Source: Nitrospinales bacterium (lineage in GTDB: Bacteria > Nitrospinota > Nitrospinia > Nitrospinales > VA-1). From it: a stretch of 64,000 nt of DNA. Of the stretch, positions 56,569-64,000 are shown piece by piece; within the stretch, counting starts at the first letter, position 1; each line of letters begins with the position of its first letter. Below the pieces are notes generated by a model. The model was not told the origin of the DNA. It searched no databases and worked only from the letters and a program-made list of their open reading frames with translations. Made by a program: the position numbers and the translations under genes. The stretch covers positions 2,496,001-2,560,000 of the forward strand of contig CBDCXL010000002.1 of NCBI GenBank assembly GCA_965223795.1, read 5' to 3'.

Positions 56569-57009
56569 TTATTTGCATTCGACCGTAACCGGAATTGCGC
56601 CGGTGTTGGTGATTTTCACGGTGCCGCTGATGTCGCCGATGGAATCGCCACGGCTGAAAGCAGGCTGCTTTTTCAGAGTCACGCCAGCGGGACCCATCGT
56701 GCCCATCGGTCCAAGACCGGTGCGGCCTTTGTCGGTCGCGGTGATGCTGCGGTGGTCGTCGTTGGGTCCCAGGGTGATGGGAACCGTGGTGTAGTTGGAG
56801 GATTTCCAGATCACCAGATTGGCGGAACCGCGGTCGTTGCTGGTGTAGCCGAATTTATCGTTGTTTTGCGGTGCGGTCTTTACGACCTGGATGTCGATGG
56901 CGTTGGCGTCTTTGCAGGAGGTCACCTGATTCGGATTCAGCTGACCCGCGAAAGCGGAAGCGCTGAGGCTCACGACAAAAATCACGGTAAAAAATACGAT
57001 GCGTTTCAT
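56569..57009 (-). CDS. Secreted hypothetical protein with one probable disulfide
   Basis: Signal peptide ending SAFA; two Cys; AAGGAG RBS. Confidence 0.85.
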   Translation of the reverse strand: MKRIVFFTVIFVVSLSASAFAGQLNPNQVTSCKDANAIDIQVVKTAPQNNDKFGYTSNDRGSANLVIWKSSNYTTVPITLGPNDDHRSITATDKGRTGLGPMGTMGPAGVTLKKQPAFSRGDSIGDISGTVKITNTGAIPVTVECK

Positions 57010-57085
57010 TCCCTGCTCCTTTCAATCATGGTTGAAGTCGGTCTGCGCTGAATTCTCCGGGGGAGGCTAGCGGTCGAGGGTGGAG

Positions 57086-57490
57086 TCAAACGGGTTTGAG
57101 GCCGCCCACATTCAGTTGCAGACACAGGTCCTTGTCTTTATCCGGCGTTCGCGAGTAACAGATCCAGTACGTCCCCTGATGCGAGAACTCGAGCCCGAAT
57201 GTTTCGCCGGGCAGCAGTCTCTGTATGTGCACCAGTTTTTTACCGGAGGATTCTTTTAAGACCATGAGATCGATCAGCGGATGGCTGAACTCATTTTGCA
57301 CCTGGATCAAGGATCCCGGTGACACAGTGACGGGATACTCGACGCCCTCCGGTGGATGGAGCGAGATCTTACGCGGCGACGCTTCCGCCGAACCGAGTTT
57401 CCATCCTGCGAAAACAACCGCACACAGAAGAGCCGCTGTGAGGGCACCTGAAATGGATTGGATCGATGATTTTCTGTTCCGGTGGATCAT
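57086..57490 (-). CDS. Secreted protein, possible degenerate cupredoxin fold
   Basis: Signal/TM segment; VTVSPGSLIQVQN...LLPGETFGLEFSHQGTYWIC. Confidence 0.6.
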   Translation of the reverse strand: MIHRNRKSSIQSISGALTAALLCAVVFAGWKLGSAEASPRKISLHPPEGVEYPVTVSPGSLIQVQNEFSHPLIDLMVLKESSGKKLVHIQRLLPGETFGLEFSHQGTYWICYSRTPDKDKDLCLQLNVGGLKPV

Positions 57491-57763
57491 TTTCGCGGTT
57501 TTGTAAGATGATGGGGCTGCGCGTGCTCAGGGTCCGTCAGACTGAAGTTCTTATAATGATGCCCGTGGATATTGAGAAAACAGAACGCCTTGTAAATTTG
57601 GGGCATTTTAGGCGAAGCCGGGTGGATGCGGTATCAGCCGTTCTCTGTATTTTGAGTAGGCTTGGGTCCTGTGGCGTGTCGGAATATTCTGATTCGGTAT
57701 GCGTGTGTTTCCCGCGTGGACAGGCGGGAAAGGGTTCCCGTGACCGAACAGGGAAAGCGGGGC

Positions 57764-58399
57764 TTACAGAAGTTTGTGATTGATGGCGTAATGGATCAAT
57801 TCAGAATTGCGTGTGAGTTGCATTTTTTCGAGTATGCGCGACCGGTAGGTGCTGATGGTTTTCACGCTCAAAGAGAGCTTGATGCCGATCTCAGTGAGCG
57901 ACTGTCCGCCAGCGATCATGCAGAAGACCTGGTATTCCCGGTCGGAAAGCGTTTCGTGCGGCAGCTTGTCGGTATCGGAATAATGAAACGCCAGCTTTTC
58001 CATCACCGCCGGGCTTGCGAATTTTCCGCCCAACGCCACCTTGCGCACCGCCGAGATGAGCATGTCCGGAGCGCTTTCCTTTGTCAGGTATCCGGACGCC
58101 CCGGCTTTGAGGTAACGCACGGCATACTGTTCCTCCGGGTAGACGCTCACGACCAGAACGGGCAGTTTGGGATGGCTTGCCTTAAGCTGCTTCATGGTCT
58201 CGAACCCGTTTTTGCCCGGCATGGCGATATCGAGGATGACGAGATGAAATTCGTTCTGTTGAACTTTTGTCAGAAGATCGTCCCCGTTTTCCGCTTCGGC
58301 AGTCACTTCGATGTCTTCGGTTTCGGAAAACGTGTGCTTGAGACCCTGGCGGAATAAAGGGTGGTCGTCCGCAATCAACAGCTTTATTTTTTCTTTCAT
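57764..58399 (-). CDS. NarL/UvrY-family response regulator (REC + LuxR HTH)
   Basis: LIADDHPLFRQG, LDIAMPG, GASGYLTK, LSDREYQV, LSVKTISTYR. Confidence 0.95.
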   Translation of the reverse strand: MKEKIKLLIADDHPLFRQGLKHTFSETEDIEVTAEAENGDDLLTKVQQNEFHLVILDIAMPGKNGFETMKQLKASHPKLPVLVVSVYPEEQYAVRYLKAGASGYLTKESAPDMLISAVRKVALGGKFASPAVMEKLAFHYSDTDKLPHETLSDREYQVFCMIAGGQSLTEIGIKLSLSVKTISTYRSRILEKMQLTRNSELIHYAINHKLL

Positions 58400-60486
58400 G
58401 GTTTCGATTCCGTTTCTGGGTTGTGAATGCGTATGGTCACCGTGGTCCCTTCATTGGGTACCCCGTTTATATCGACTTCACCACCCCAGACCAGAGCGCG
58501 CTCGCGGATTCCAAGAAGACCCAGCGATCTTAAGTTGAAGATCTGTTCGTGGGTGATTCCAAGCCCATTGTCCTTCACATTCAGGGTCACCAGACCGTCA
58601 CGCTCATGCAGCTCCACCCAAATCCGGTTGGCGTTCGCGTGGCGCGCGACGTTGGTCAAAGTTTCCTGGAAGATGCGGAACAGCGTCGTGGCCCGGTCCT
58701 TGTCCAGAGAAAGGCGGTTTTCATCCAGCTCGATGTGGCACTGAATGCCCGTTCTTCTCTCGAATTCCGCCGCCTGCCATTCGATGGCCTCCTCCAGCCC
58801 CAGCTCATCGAGCAGCGGAGGGCGCAGATCCATGACGATCTTTTTCCCCATCTGGATCGAATTGTCGATCAGCTTCAGCATCAGTTCGGTGAAGGAGCGC
58901 AGGTCCGACGCTTTGTGGACGAGCTTGTTGTCCAGAAGCGCGACTTCGAGTTTCAATGTTGTGAGGATCTGGGCGAGTTCGTCGTGGATTTCCCGGGCCA
59001 TGCGGGAGCGCTCTTCTTCCCGCACCAGCTCCAGGCGGTGATACAGTTTGCGCAGCTGCTCGCGCGAGCGTTTGATTTCCTTTTCCGCCTGTTTGCGTTC
59101 GGCGGCGACGCTCAATAAATGCGCGAGTCCGTCGATCATATCCCGCTCTTCCTTGATGAACGGGTCGCTGGTGTCGCCGCCGCCCACGGGCCGGCTGTAA
59201 AACACATCCAGGCTGCCGTGGACGCCGCCGTGAATGGCGATGTCGCGGGAAAGCTTCCAGGGCGTTTCCTCGAGGGGTTCCTTCGGGAAGGTGTCGCCGT
59301 CGAAATTCACTTTGACCTGCGCCAGTTCCGGATACTGCATTCCCGGAATGATGATGGATCCCACCTTTTGCAGAACTTCCTTCATGGTGCGGGAGGTGCC
59401 GACCAGATTGGCCACGCCGTACATCGAGGTCAGTTCCTTGACCCGTTCCCTCAGCGACTTTAAGAGTTTTTTCTGTTCTTTCTCCGCCCGCTTGCGTTCG
59501 ATCACCCTTCCGAGCTGGGTGCCCACCTGTCCCATGATCTCCAGCATTTCCTTGTCGGGCTCGACGGCTTCCGATGAGAAAAACTCCATGACGCCGACCG
59601 TTTCCTTTCCGATCAGAATGGGAAAGGCGAATCCGGCTTTCACGCCGATATTTTCCGCAAGCTTGGCGCGTGGAAAATTACGATCGCGGGTCACGTCGAT
59701 GATCCAGGCGGGCTCTCCGTTCTGCATGACCCTTCCTGGCAGCCCGACGCCGCTGTCCAGGGAAGTCGCTTCCGTGATTTTACGAAAGGTTTCAAACCGG
59801 CCGGGATCTTCCAGATACCAGATCGCCGTGGGCTCGAGCTGGTCTAAGGACGCTTCGCTGCGGAGGTAGATGTGCCCCACCGGCCAGCCCGTGTGCTCGC
59901 ACACGCGTTTCATGCCGTATTCCAGAGCGGCTTCGACAGTGCGGGACTCGTTGGAAGCCACCGCGATGTCCTTGTGCAGCTGCACGTATTCTTTTTCGCG
60001 GCGCAGCAGGTTGAGCGTCTGGTTGAGCATCGTGGTCCGTTCTTGCACCCGTTGTTCGAGGTCTTTGTTGGCGTCGCGGATTTTTTGGCTGGCGCGGATT
60101 TTCCACAGGCACAGGTACGCCGTGGTCCAGATCGTGAGGACCGCCAGGCCCCGGTTGGCGACCACTTTCCAGGACTCGCCTCCGGGCGGCGACAGGAAAT
60201 ACCCGACGATGGTGAGGACCGTGCCGGTCAAGGCCGCCCATAGCAGGAACGGAAGCGACCGGGCCCTGAGCCCCAAAAGCACCACCGCCACGTAAAGCAT
60301 GCCGTCGGCGACCCCTAACGGCAGATTCAGGTCGAGAATGAAAATGGTCAGCGCGATGACCACACCTAAAATGGCGAGCGTGCGCGAGGTTGTCTGTTTT
60401 TCGGTGGAAAGTTCCATCATTCCATGCTCATGCCCCCGGCGGATCGGGGACGGTGCAACCGGAAATAAAAAACGCAATGGGCTCAA
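58396..60486 (-). CDS. Membrane sensor histidine kinase (TM, GAF, HisKA_3, HATPase)
   Basis: GVGLPGRV GAF, ERSRMAREIHDELAQ, FRIFQETLTNVARHA, DNGLG, SLGLLGIRER; probable start near 60420. Confidence 0.95.
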   Translation of the reverse strand: MSPLRFLFPVAPSPIRRGHEHGMMELSTEKQTTSRTLAILGVVIALTIFILDLNLPLGVADGMLYVAVVLLGLRARSLPFLLWAALTGTVLTIVGYFLSPPGGESWKVVANRGLAVLTIWTTAYLCLWKIRASQKIRDANKDLEQRVQERTTMLNQTLNLLRREKEYVQLHKDIAVASNESRTVEAALEYGMKRVCEHTGWPVGHIYLRSEASLDQLEPTAIWYLEDPGRFETFRKITEATSLDSGVGLPGRVMQNGEPAWIIDVTRDRNFPRAKLAENIGVKAGFAFPILIGKETVGVMEFFSSEAVEPDKEMLEIMGQVGTQLGRVIERKRAEKEQKKLLKSLRERVKELTSMYGVANLVGTSRTMKEVLQKVGSIIIPGMQYPELAQVKVNFDGDTFPKEPLEETPWKLSRDIAIHGGVHGSLDVFYSRPVGGGDTSDPFIKEERDMIDGLAHLLSVAAERKQAEKEIKRSREQLRKLYHRLELVREEERSRMAREIHDELAQILTTLKLEVALLDNKLVHKASDLRSFTELMLKLIDNSIQMGKKIVMDLRPPLLDELGLEEAIEWQAAEFERRTGIQCHIELDENRLSLDKDRATTLFRIFQETLTNVARHANANRIWVELHERDGLVTLNVKDNGLGITHEQIFNLRSLGLLGIRERALVWGGEVDINGVPNEGTTVTIRIHNPETESKP

Positions 60487-60761
60487 TACAGGGTTTTGAA
60501 TCGCTCGTGAAGACCGGATGGCGTCTCTGGCCGCAACCGGATCCAGCTGAACGGGATGCGGCGGGAGATTGGGGGGAGGCGGTGACCCTGAAAATTGCCA
60601 AAGTTGTCCTTTTTCCGAATTTTTCAGTTTATTATAATTGAAATTCGAGGGGAAATCTAAATTTGAATCGGAACCGCCAAAAACACCTCAAGAATCGCGG
60701 GTTTTTCGTGGCCGGGGGCTTCCCACCGCACGGTTTTGATTCCTTCTGATCAGGAGGCGGC

Positions 60762-61283
60762 ATGATGAACGGCAAGATCCTCATCGCCGGGTTGATCGCG
60801 TTTTTTCTCGCATCTCCGGCGCAGGCCAAAAACGAATTGATGCTTTCCAAGGAACAGCTGTTTGACGGCGGCCCTGCCATCGACCGGCATTCCTTCCGCG
60901 ACGATTGTTCGGAGCTGTTTTACGTGGATTCGGGAGAAAACGTGGAAGACATGCGGCGGGACTTCCGCAATTACTGGTGCGAGGGGATGTACACCCTCAC
61001 CCTGGACGGTCCGCCGGGCACCACGGTGACGCTGTTCGGCAGCTACTATTACGGCCAGGAACAGGGATACCTGGTGCTGCGGAAAACCGATAATGAAAAA
61101 GTCTGGGTGCTGCATCTTGAGGAGTTCCCCAGAGGCCAGTGGAGCACCATTCAGGCCAGCCGTCAGTCCGGCGGCTACGAGGCGTTCTACATTCCGGCGC
61201 CGAATTTCCGCAGGAATGTTTCCTCGGTGCAATGGGGCCAGTGGTGGAGCGGCGAATTTCCCACCAACGGTCCGATCAACTGA
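60762..61283 (+). CDS. Secreted hypothetical protein, paralogue of 52395-52901
   Basis: AGGAGG RBS; signal LASPAQA; GPPGTTVTLFG, RNVSSVQWGQWW. Confidence 0.85.
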   Translation: MMNGKILIAGLIAFFLASPAQAKNELMLSKEQLFDGGPAIDRHSFRDDCSELFYVDSGENVEDMRRDFRNYWCEGMYTLTLDGPPGTTVTLFGSYYYGQEQGYLVLRKTDNEKVWVLHLEEFPRGQWSTIQASRQSGGYEAFYIPAPNFRRNVSSVQWGQWWSGEFPTNGPIN

Positions 61284-61293
61284 AAGCGCCGCC

Positions 61294-62148
61294 GTGGAGA
61301 TCACGTCCCTCGAATGCCGCAGCATCCTGACCCGCGCGACCGGGTATCTGAAAGGGGTGTGTTCGCACTCGCTGAATCCCTACGTGGGCTGCGGGCTGGG
61401 CCGTTCCGCCTGCGGCGAGGCCTGTTACGTCCGCTTCAACGCCTGGCTGACGAAAGGCCGCGAATGGGGCCGGTTCGTCGATGTGAAGCGCAACGCAGCA
61501 GAGGTGTACGCCAGGACGGTGGAGCGGGAGAAACAATGGGCCCGCGGCCGGGGGACTTCCTTCGGCGTCTTCCTGTCCAGTTCCACCGATCCCTGGCAGC
61601 CCATCGAGCGCCGGTTCCGCGTCACGCGCCGGCTGCTTAAAGCCCTGTTGGCGAAGCCGCCCGACGCGCTCCTTCTGCAGACCCATTCCCCCAGAATCCT
61701 CGACGATGTGGACGCCATCGCGGCGCTCGCAAAATGCTGCGACCTCAGGGTGCAGGTTTCTCTGGAAGGCGACCGCGACCGCCTGCCGGGTCTCGCCGCG
61801 CCGCCCAGCTCCTGTGAGGCCAGGATGCGGCTGCTTGAGGAACTGTCCCGCCGCGGTCTCAAGACCGTCGCCTGCCTGGCGCCGCTTTACCCTTTGCAGG
61901 AGCCGGAGGCTTTTTTTGCACGCCTTGCGCGCACGGGAATCGCGGCCGTGGTGATCGATCATTTCATCGGCGGCGACGGTTCGGTGAACGGCGCGCGGAC
62001 TCTAAAAACACCGCTGCCGAAAGCGATGGCGGCGGTGGACCCCGAGTCGGTCGATCTTTCCTATCGCGACCGCGTGGTGGGGATTGCCCGGAAGCACCTT
62101 CCTGTGGGCATCTCCGCCGAAGGCTTTGCCGGACGCTACCTCCGCTGA
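61294..62148 (+). CDS. SplB-like (spore photoproduct lyase family) radical SAM protein with atypical Cys motif
   Basis: SILT, SLNPYVGCGLGRSACGEACYV, SSSTDPWQPIE, QTHSP; GTG at 61294. Confidence 0.85.
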   Translation: MEITSLECRSILTRATGYLKGVCSHSLNPYVGCGLGRSACGEACYVRFNAWLTKGREWGRFVDVKRNAAEVYARTVEREKQWARGRGTSFGVFLSSSTDPWQPIERRFRVTRRLLKALLAKPPDALLLQTHSPRILDDVDAIAALAKCCDLRVQVSLEGDRDRLPGLAAPPSSCEARMRLLEELSRRGLKTVACLAPLYPLQEPEAFFARLARTGIAAVVIDHFIGGDGSVNGARTLKTPLPKAMAAVDPESVDLSYRDRVVGIARKHLPVGISAEGFAGRYLR

Positions 62149-62330
62149 CGCCTCCGCACGCGGGAACCCCCTCGATTTTTTCTCTTGTTCAACGAAATCC
62201 CTGCAAGGACAGGTGCATTGAATTCCCACTCTGTACTGAACCCTGTGTCTTTCGACAAGCTAGGGATGGCAGGCAGGAAAATGAGTGTGCGTTCTCATAA
62301 GATTTGTTTTTTTTACATCGATCTCAGAGC

Positions 62331-62361
62331 AAAAAAAATCCCCCGCCAAAGGGCGGGGGAT
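62331..62361 (-). terminator. Rho-independent terminator
   Basis: ATCCCCCGCC-AAAG-GGCGGGGGAT hairpin plus T run on the minus strand. Confidence 0.85.
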
Positions 62362-62389
62362 CGCATCCGGCTGCAGGCGCAACCGGAAA

Positions 62390-62545
62390 TCAGTTCACAC
62401 TTTTGTTTTTGTAATTTCTAAGAGGCGATTGGCGGGCCTTGAAGTTTTCGTCGGATCGTTTGATCAGCGCTTTTTGAGAAATCGTTTTTTTCAATTTGCC
62501 CGACCGGTCAAAAACCTTTACCTCATACACGCGTATGTCGTTCAT
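62390..62545 (-). CDS. Basic microprotein (51 aa), not in ORF track
   Basis: MNDIRVYEVKVFDRSGKLKKTISQKALIKRSDENFKARQSPLRNYKNKSVN; GAGG RBS; terminator downstream. Confidence 0.7.
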   Translation of the reverse strand: MNDIRVYEVKVFDRSGKLKKTISQKALIKRSDENFKARQSPLRNYKNKSVN

Positions 62546-62609
62546 GGCTGCCTCAAAATAGTGATGGATGCTCGTGTTGCCTGTGATCTGATATTTTATT
62601 AATCCGTCC

Positions 62610-62675
62610 CAGAAAAGAAGAGGGAAAGGGCTTGTCGTGGCAGCAAGCCCTTTCCCCGGAGGAGGAGAAAGTTAT
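62610..62675 (-). ncRNA. Putative small RNA with anti-Shine-Dalgarno seed
   Basis: TATAAT at 62687-62682, then ATAACTTTCTCCTCCTCC, GC-rich hairpin and TCTTCTTTT tail. Confidence 0.55.
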
Positions 62676-62994
62676 GAACCCATTATAGGGATCGGATATT
62701 AAAAGAATATTAAAAGAAAATTAATAAACTTTAATGAAATGAAGGGACTACCGAACATCGCCTTAGGGTTGTCCGGATTAATTCGTGTGCGCGATGCAAA
62801 TGCCGGACACGGCGGATAGTTCGCTCCTCCCAAGCACTGCCGATAGTGTCTGCAAAGGCGCGGATTGCCCCGCACAAGCGGCGATCGGAATGATGAATCG
62901 CTTTGAAAACCGGGTTGTTATGCATTTCACGTTGGTAATCAGGAGGGATGTGGTACCTTAAAAAGACACCAACATATTCAGTATAGGGGGAAAC

Positions 62995-63513
62995 ATGAAA
63001 AAGAATCTGTTTGCGATTTTGCTCTACCCGGCTGTCCTGACAGCCGTTCTGTTGTTGGCGGCACAGACGGCGCTTGCCGAAGATAAAAAAGTGCAGAAAG
63101 GAGACAATGTGACGGTTTCCTATGTCGGTAAACTGAGCGACGGCACCGTGTTCGACAGTTCGGAGAAACACAAAACTCCCCTGGAGTTTGAAGTGGGTTC
63201 CGGTCAGGTCATCAAAGGATTCGACAGTGCGGTGATGGGCATGAAGGTGGGCGAGGAAAAATCTTTCTCCATCGCGCCGGCGGATGCTTATGGCGAAGTG
63301 AATAAGAAACTCATCCAGCAGGTGTCGCGAAATGAAATGCCGAAGGACCGCGAACCGCAGGAGGGGATGATGCTGATCGTGACGACGCCCAACGGGCAGA
63401 AGGCCCGCGCCACCATCACGCAGGTGACGGCGCAGTATGTCACGCTCGACATGAATCATCCTCTGGCGGGCAAAACGCTGAACTTCAAAATCAAGCTCAT
63501 CAAAGTATCCTGA
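62995..63513 (+). CDS. Periplasmic FKBP-type peptidyl-prolyl isomerase (SlyD-like with signal peptide)
   Basis: Signal ending TALA; YVGKLSDGTVFDSS, VIKGFD, AYGE, LDMNHPLAGKTLNF. Confidence 0.95.
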   Translation: MKKNLFAILLYPAVLTAVLLLAAQTALAEDKKVQKGDNVTVSYVGKLSDGTVFDSSEKHKTPLEFEVGSGQVIKGFDSAVMGMKVGEEKSFSIAPADAYGEVNKKLIQQVSRNEMPKDREPQEGMMLIVTTPNGQKARATITQVTAQYVTLDMNHPLAGKTLNFKIKLIKVS

Positions 63514-63532
63514 CTCACCTGTGAAGGGGCCG

Positions 63533-64000
63533 TCACGGCCCCTTCGTCACCAGTGCCGGAGCGGGCGGCAGTTCGTATCCGCCCGGATGAAATGTCTTTC
63601 CCAGCCCCACGCTCTCCGGATGCCAGCGGCCCTTGAGCCGGTTGTCGGGCGCCTCCCCCTGAAACACCAGATATCCGTACTTTCCGTAGTGCGGCAGCTT
63701 GCGCATGAGACCCGGAACGCTCGCTCCCGATGCGGCGACGATCCAGGTGACGGAGCCTGCGCGCTTTCCCGGCCGCTGCACGGTGAACACGAAGCTGTGG
63801 TCCTGCCAGGGAAAGGTCTTGCCTTCGAGGGTCACCGCGTCCTCCCCGAGTTGCACGCCCTGTTTTTCAAGCAGCGGCCTAAGATGCTCCGCGTATCGGT
63901 TGTGGCGGCCGAACACCAGAAGGCTGCCCGGCGGCACCGGCTGTTTCGCCGTGTCGGTCAGCATGGGGCCGGGGACCGGGCCGGAATTTCCCAGCGCCTG
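63533..64000 (-). CDS. C-terminal part of a probable M1-family peptidase-associated protein; 5' end beyond window
   Basis: Frame open to the window edge; the PGLMRKLPHYGKYGYLVF...N..KG.W motif resembles, from memory, the C-terminus of bacterial M1 peptidases. Confidence 0.55.
   Translation of the reverse strand, partial: QALGNSGPVPGPMLTDTAKQPVPPGSLLVFGRHNRYAEHLRPLLEKQGVQLGEDAVTLEGKTFPWQDHSFVFTVQRPGKRAGSVTWIVAASGASVPGLMRKLPHYGKYGYLVFQGEAPDNRLKGRWHPESVGLGKTFHPGGYELPPAPALVTKGP

Noticed and set aside
62675..62688. Plus-strand mini-ORF MNPL behind GGAGGAGG
   Set aside because: Four codons only; better explained as the complement of the minus-strand anti-SD seed, though not excluded.

Overview
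GC-rich bacterial chromosomal window with no rRNA, cas gene, integrase or transposase. Gene content (ferredoxin-nitrite reductase plus NirC, many TPR and pentapeptide proteins, several sigma-54 promoters) suggests a Nitrospinota-like nitrite oxidiser; this is an inference, not a database result. Housekeeping genes include ppa, ftsY, plsY, bamD, exbBD, an M18 aminopeptidase, gltX, an FKBP PPIase, a sigma-70 factor, tRNA-Gly(GCC) and tRNA-Cys(GCA). Best candidates for undescribed biology: (1) two cobalamin-dependent radical SAM paralogues and a membrane-anchored protein that all carry the same GT9-like half-domain; (2) a low-GC island with an ABC-type ATPase and a DUF4276/TOPRIM-like protein, a likely anti-phage pair; (3) a 49-bp tandem array whose degenerate units keep a 7-bp hairpin by compensatory changes; (4) a predicted ~65-nt anti-Shine-Dalgarno sRNA behind 11-bp-periodic repeats; (5) four unannotated membrane microproteins near DUF420 and HmuY-like genes; (6) a eukaryote-like Cys-rich secreted protein. 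Two genes have single-base frameshifts and one looks internally deleted; assembly error cannot be excluded. All family calls come from motif recognition by eye.
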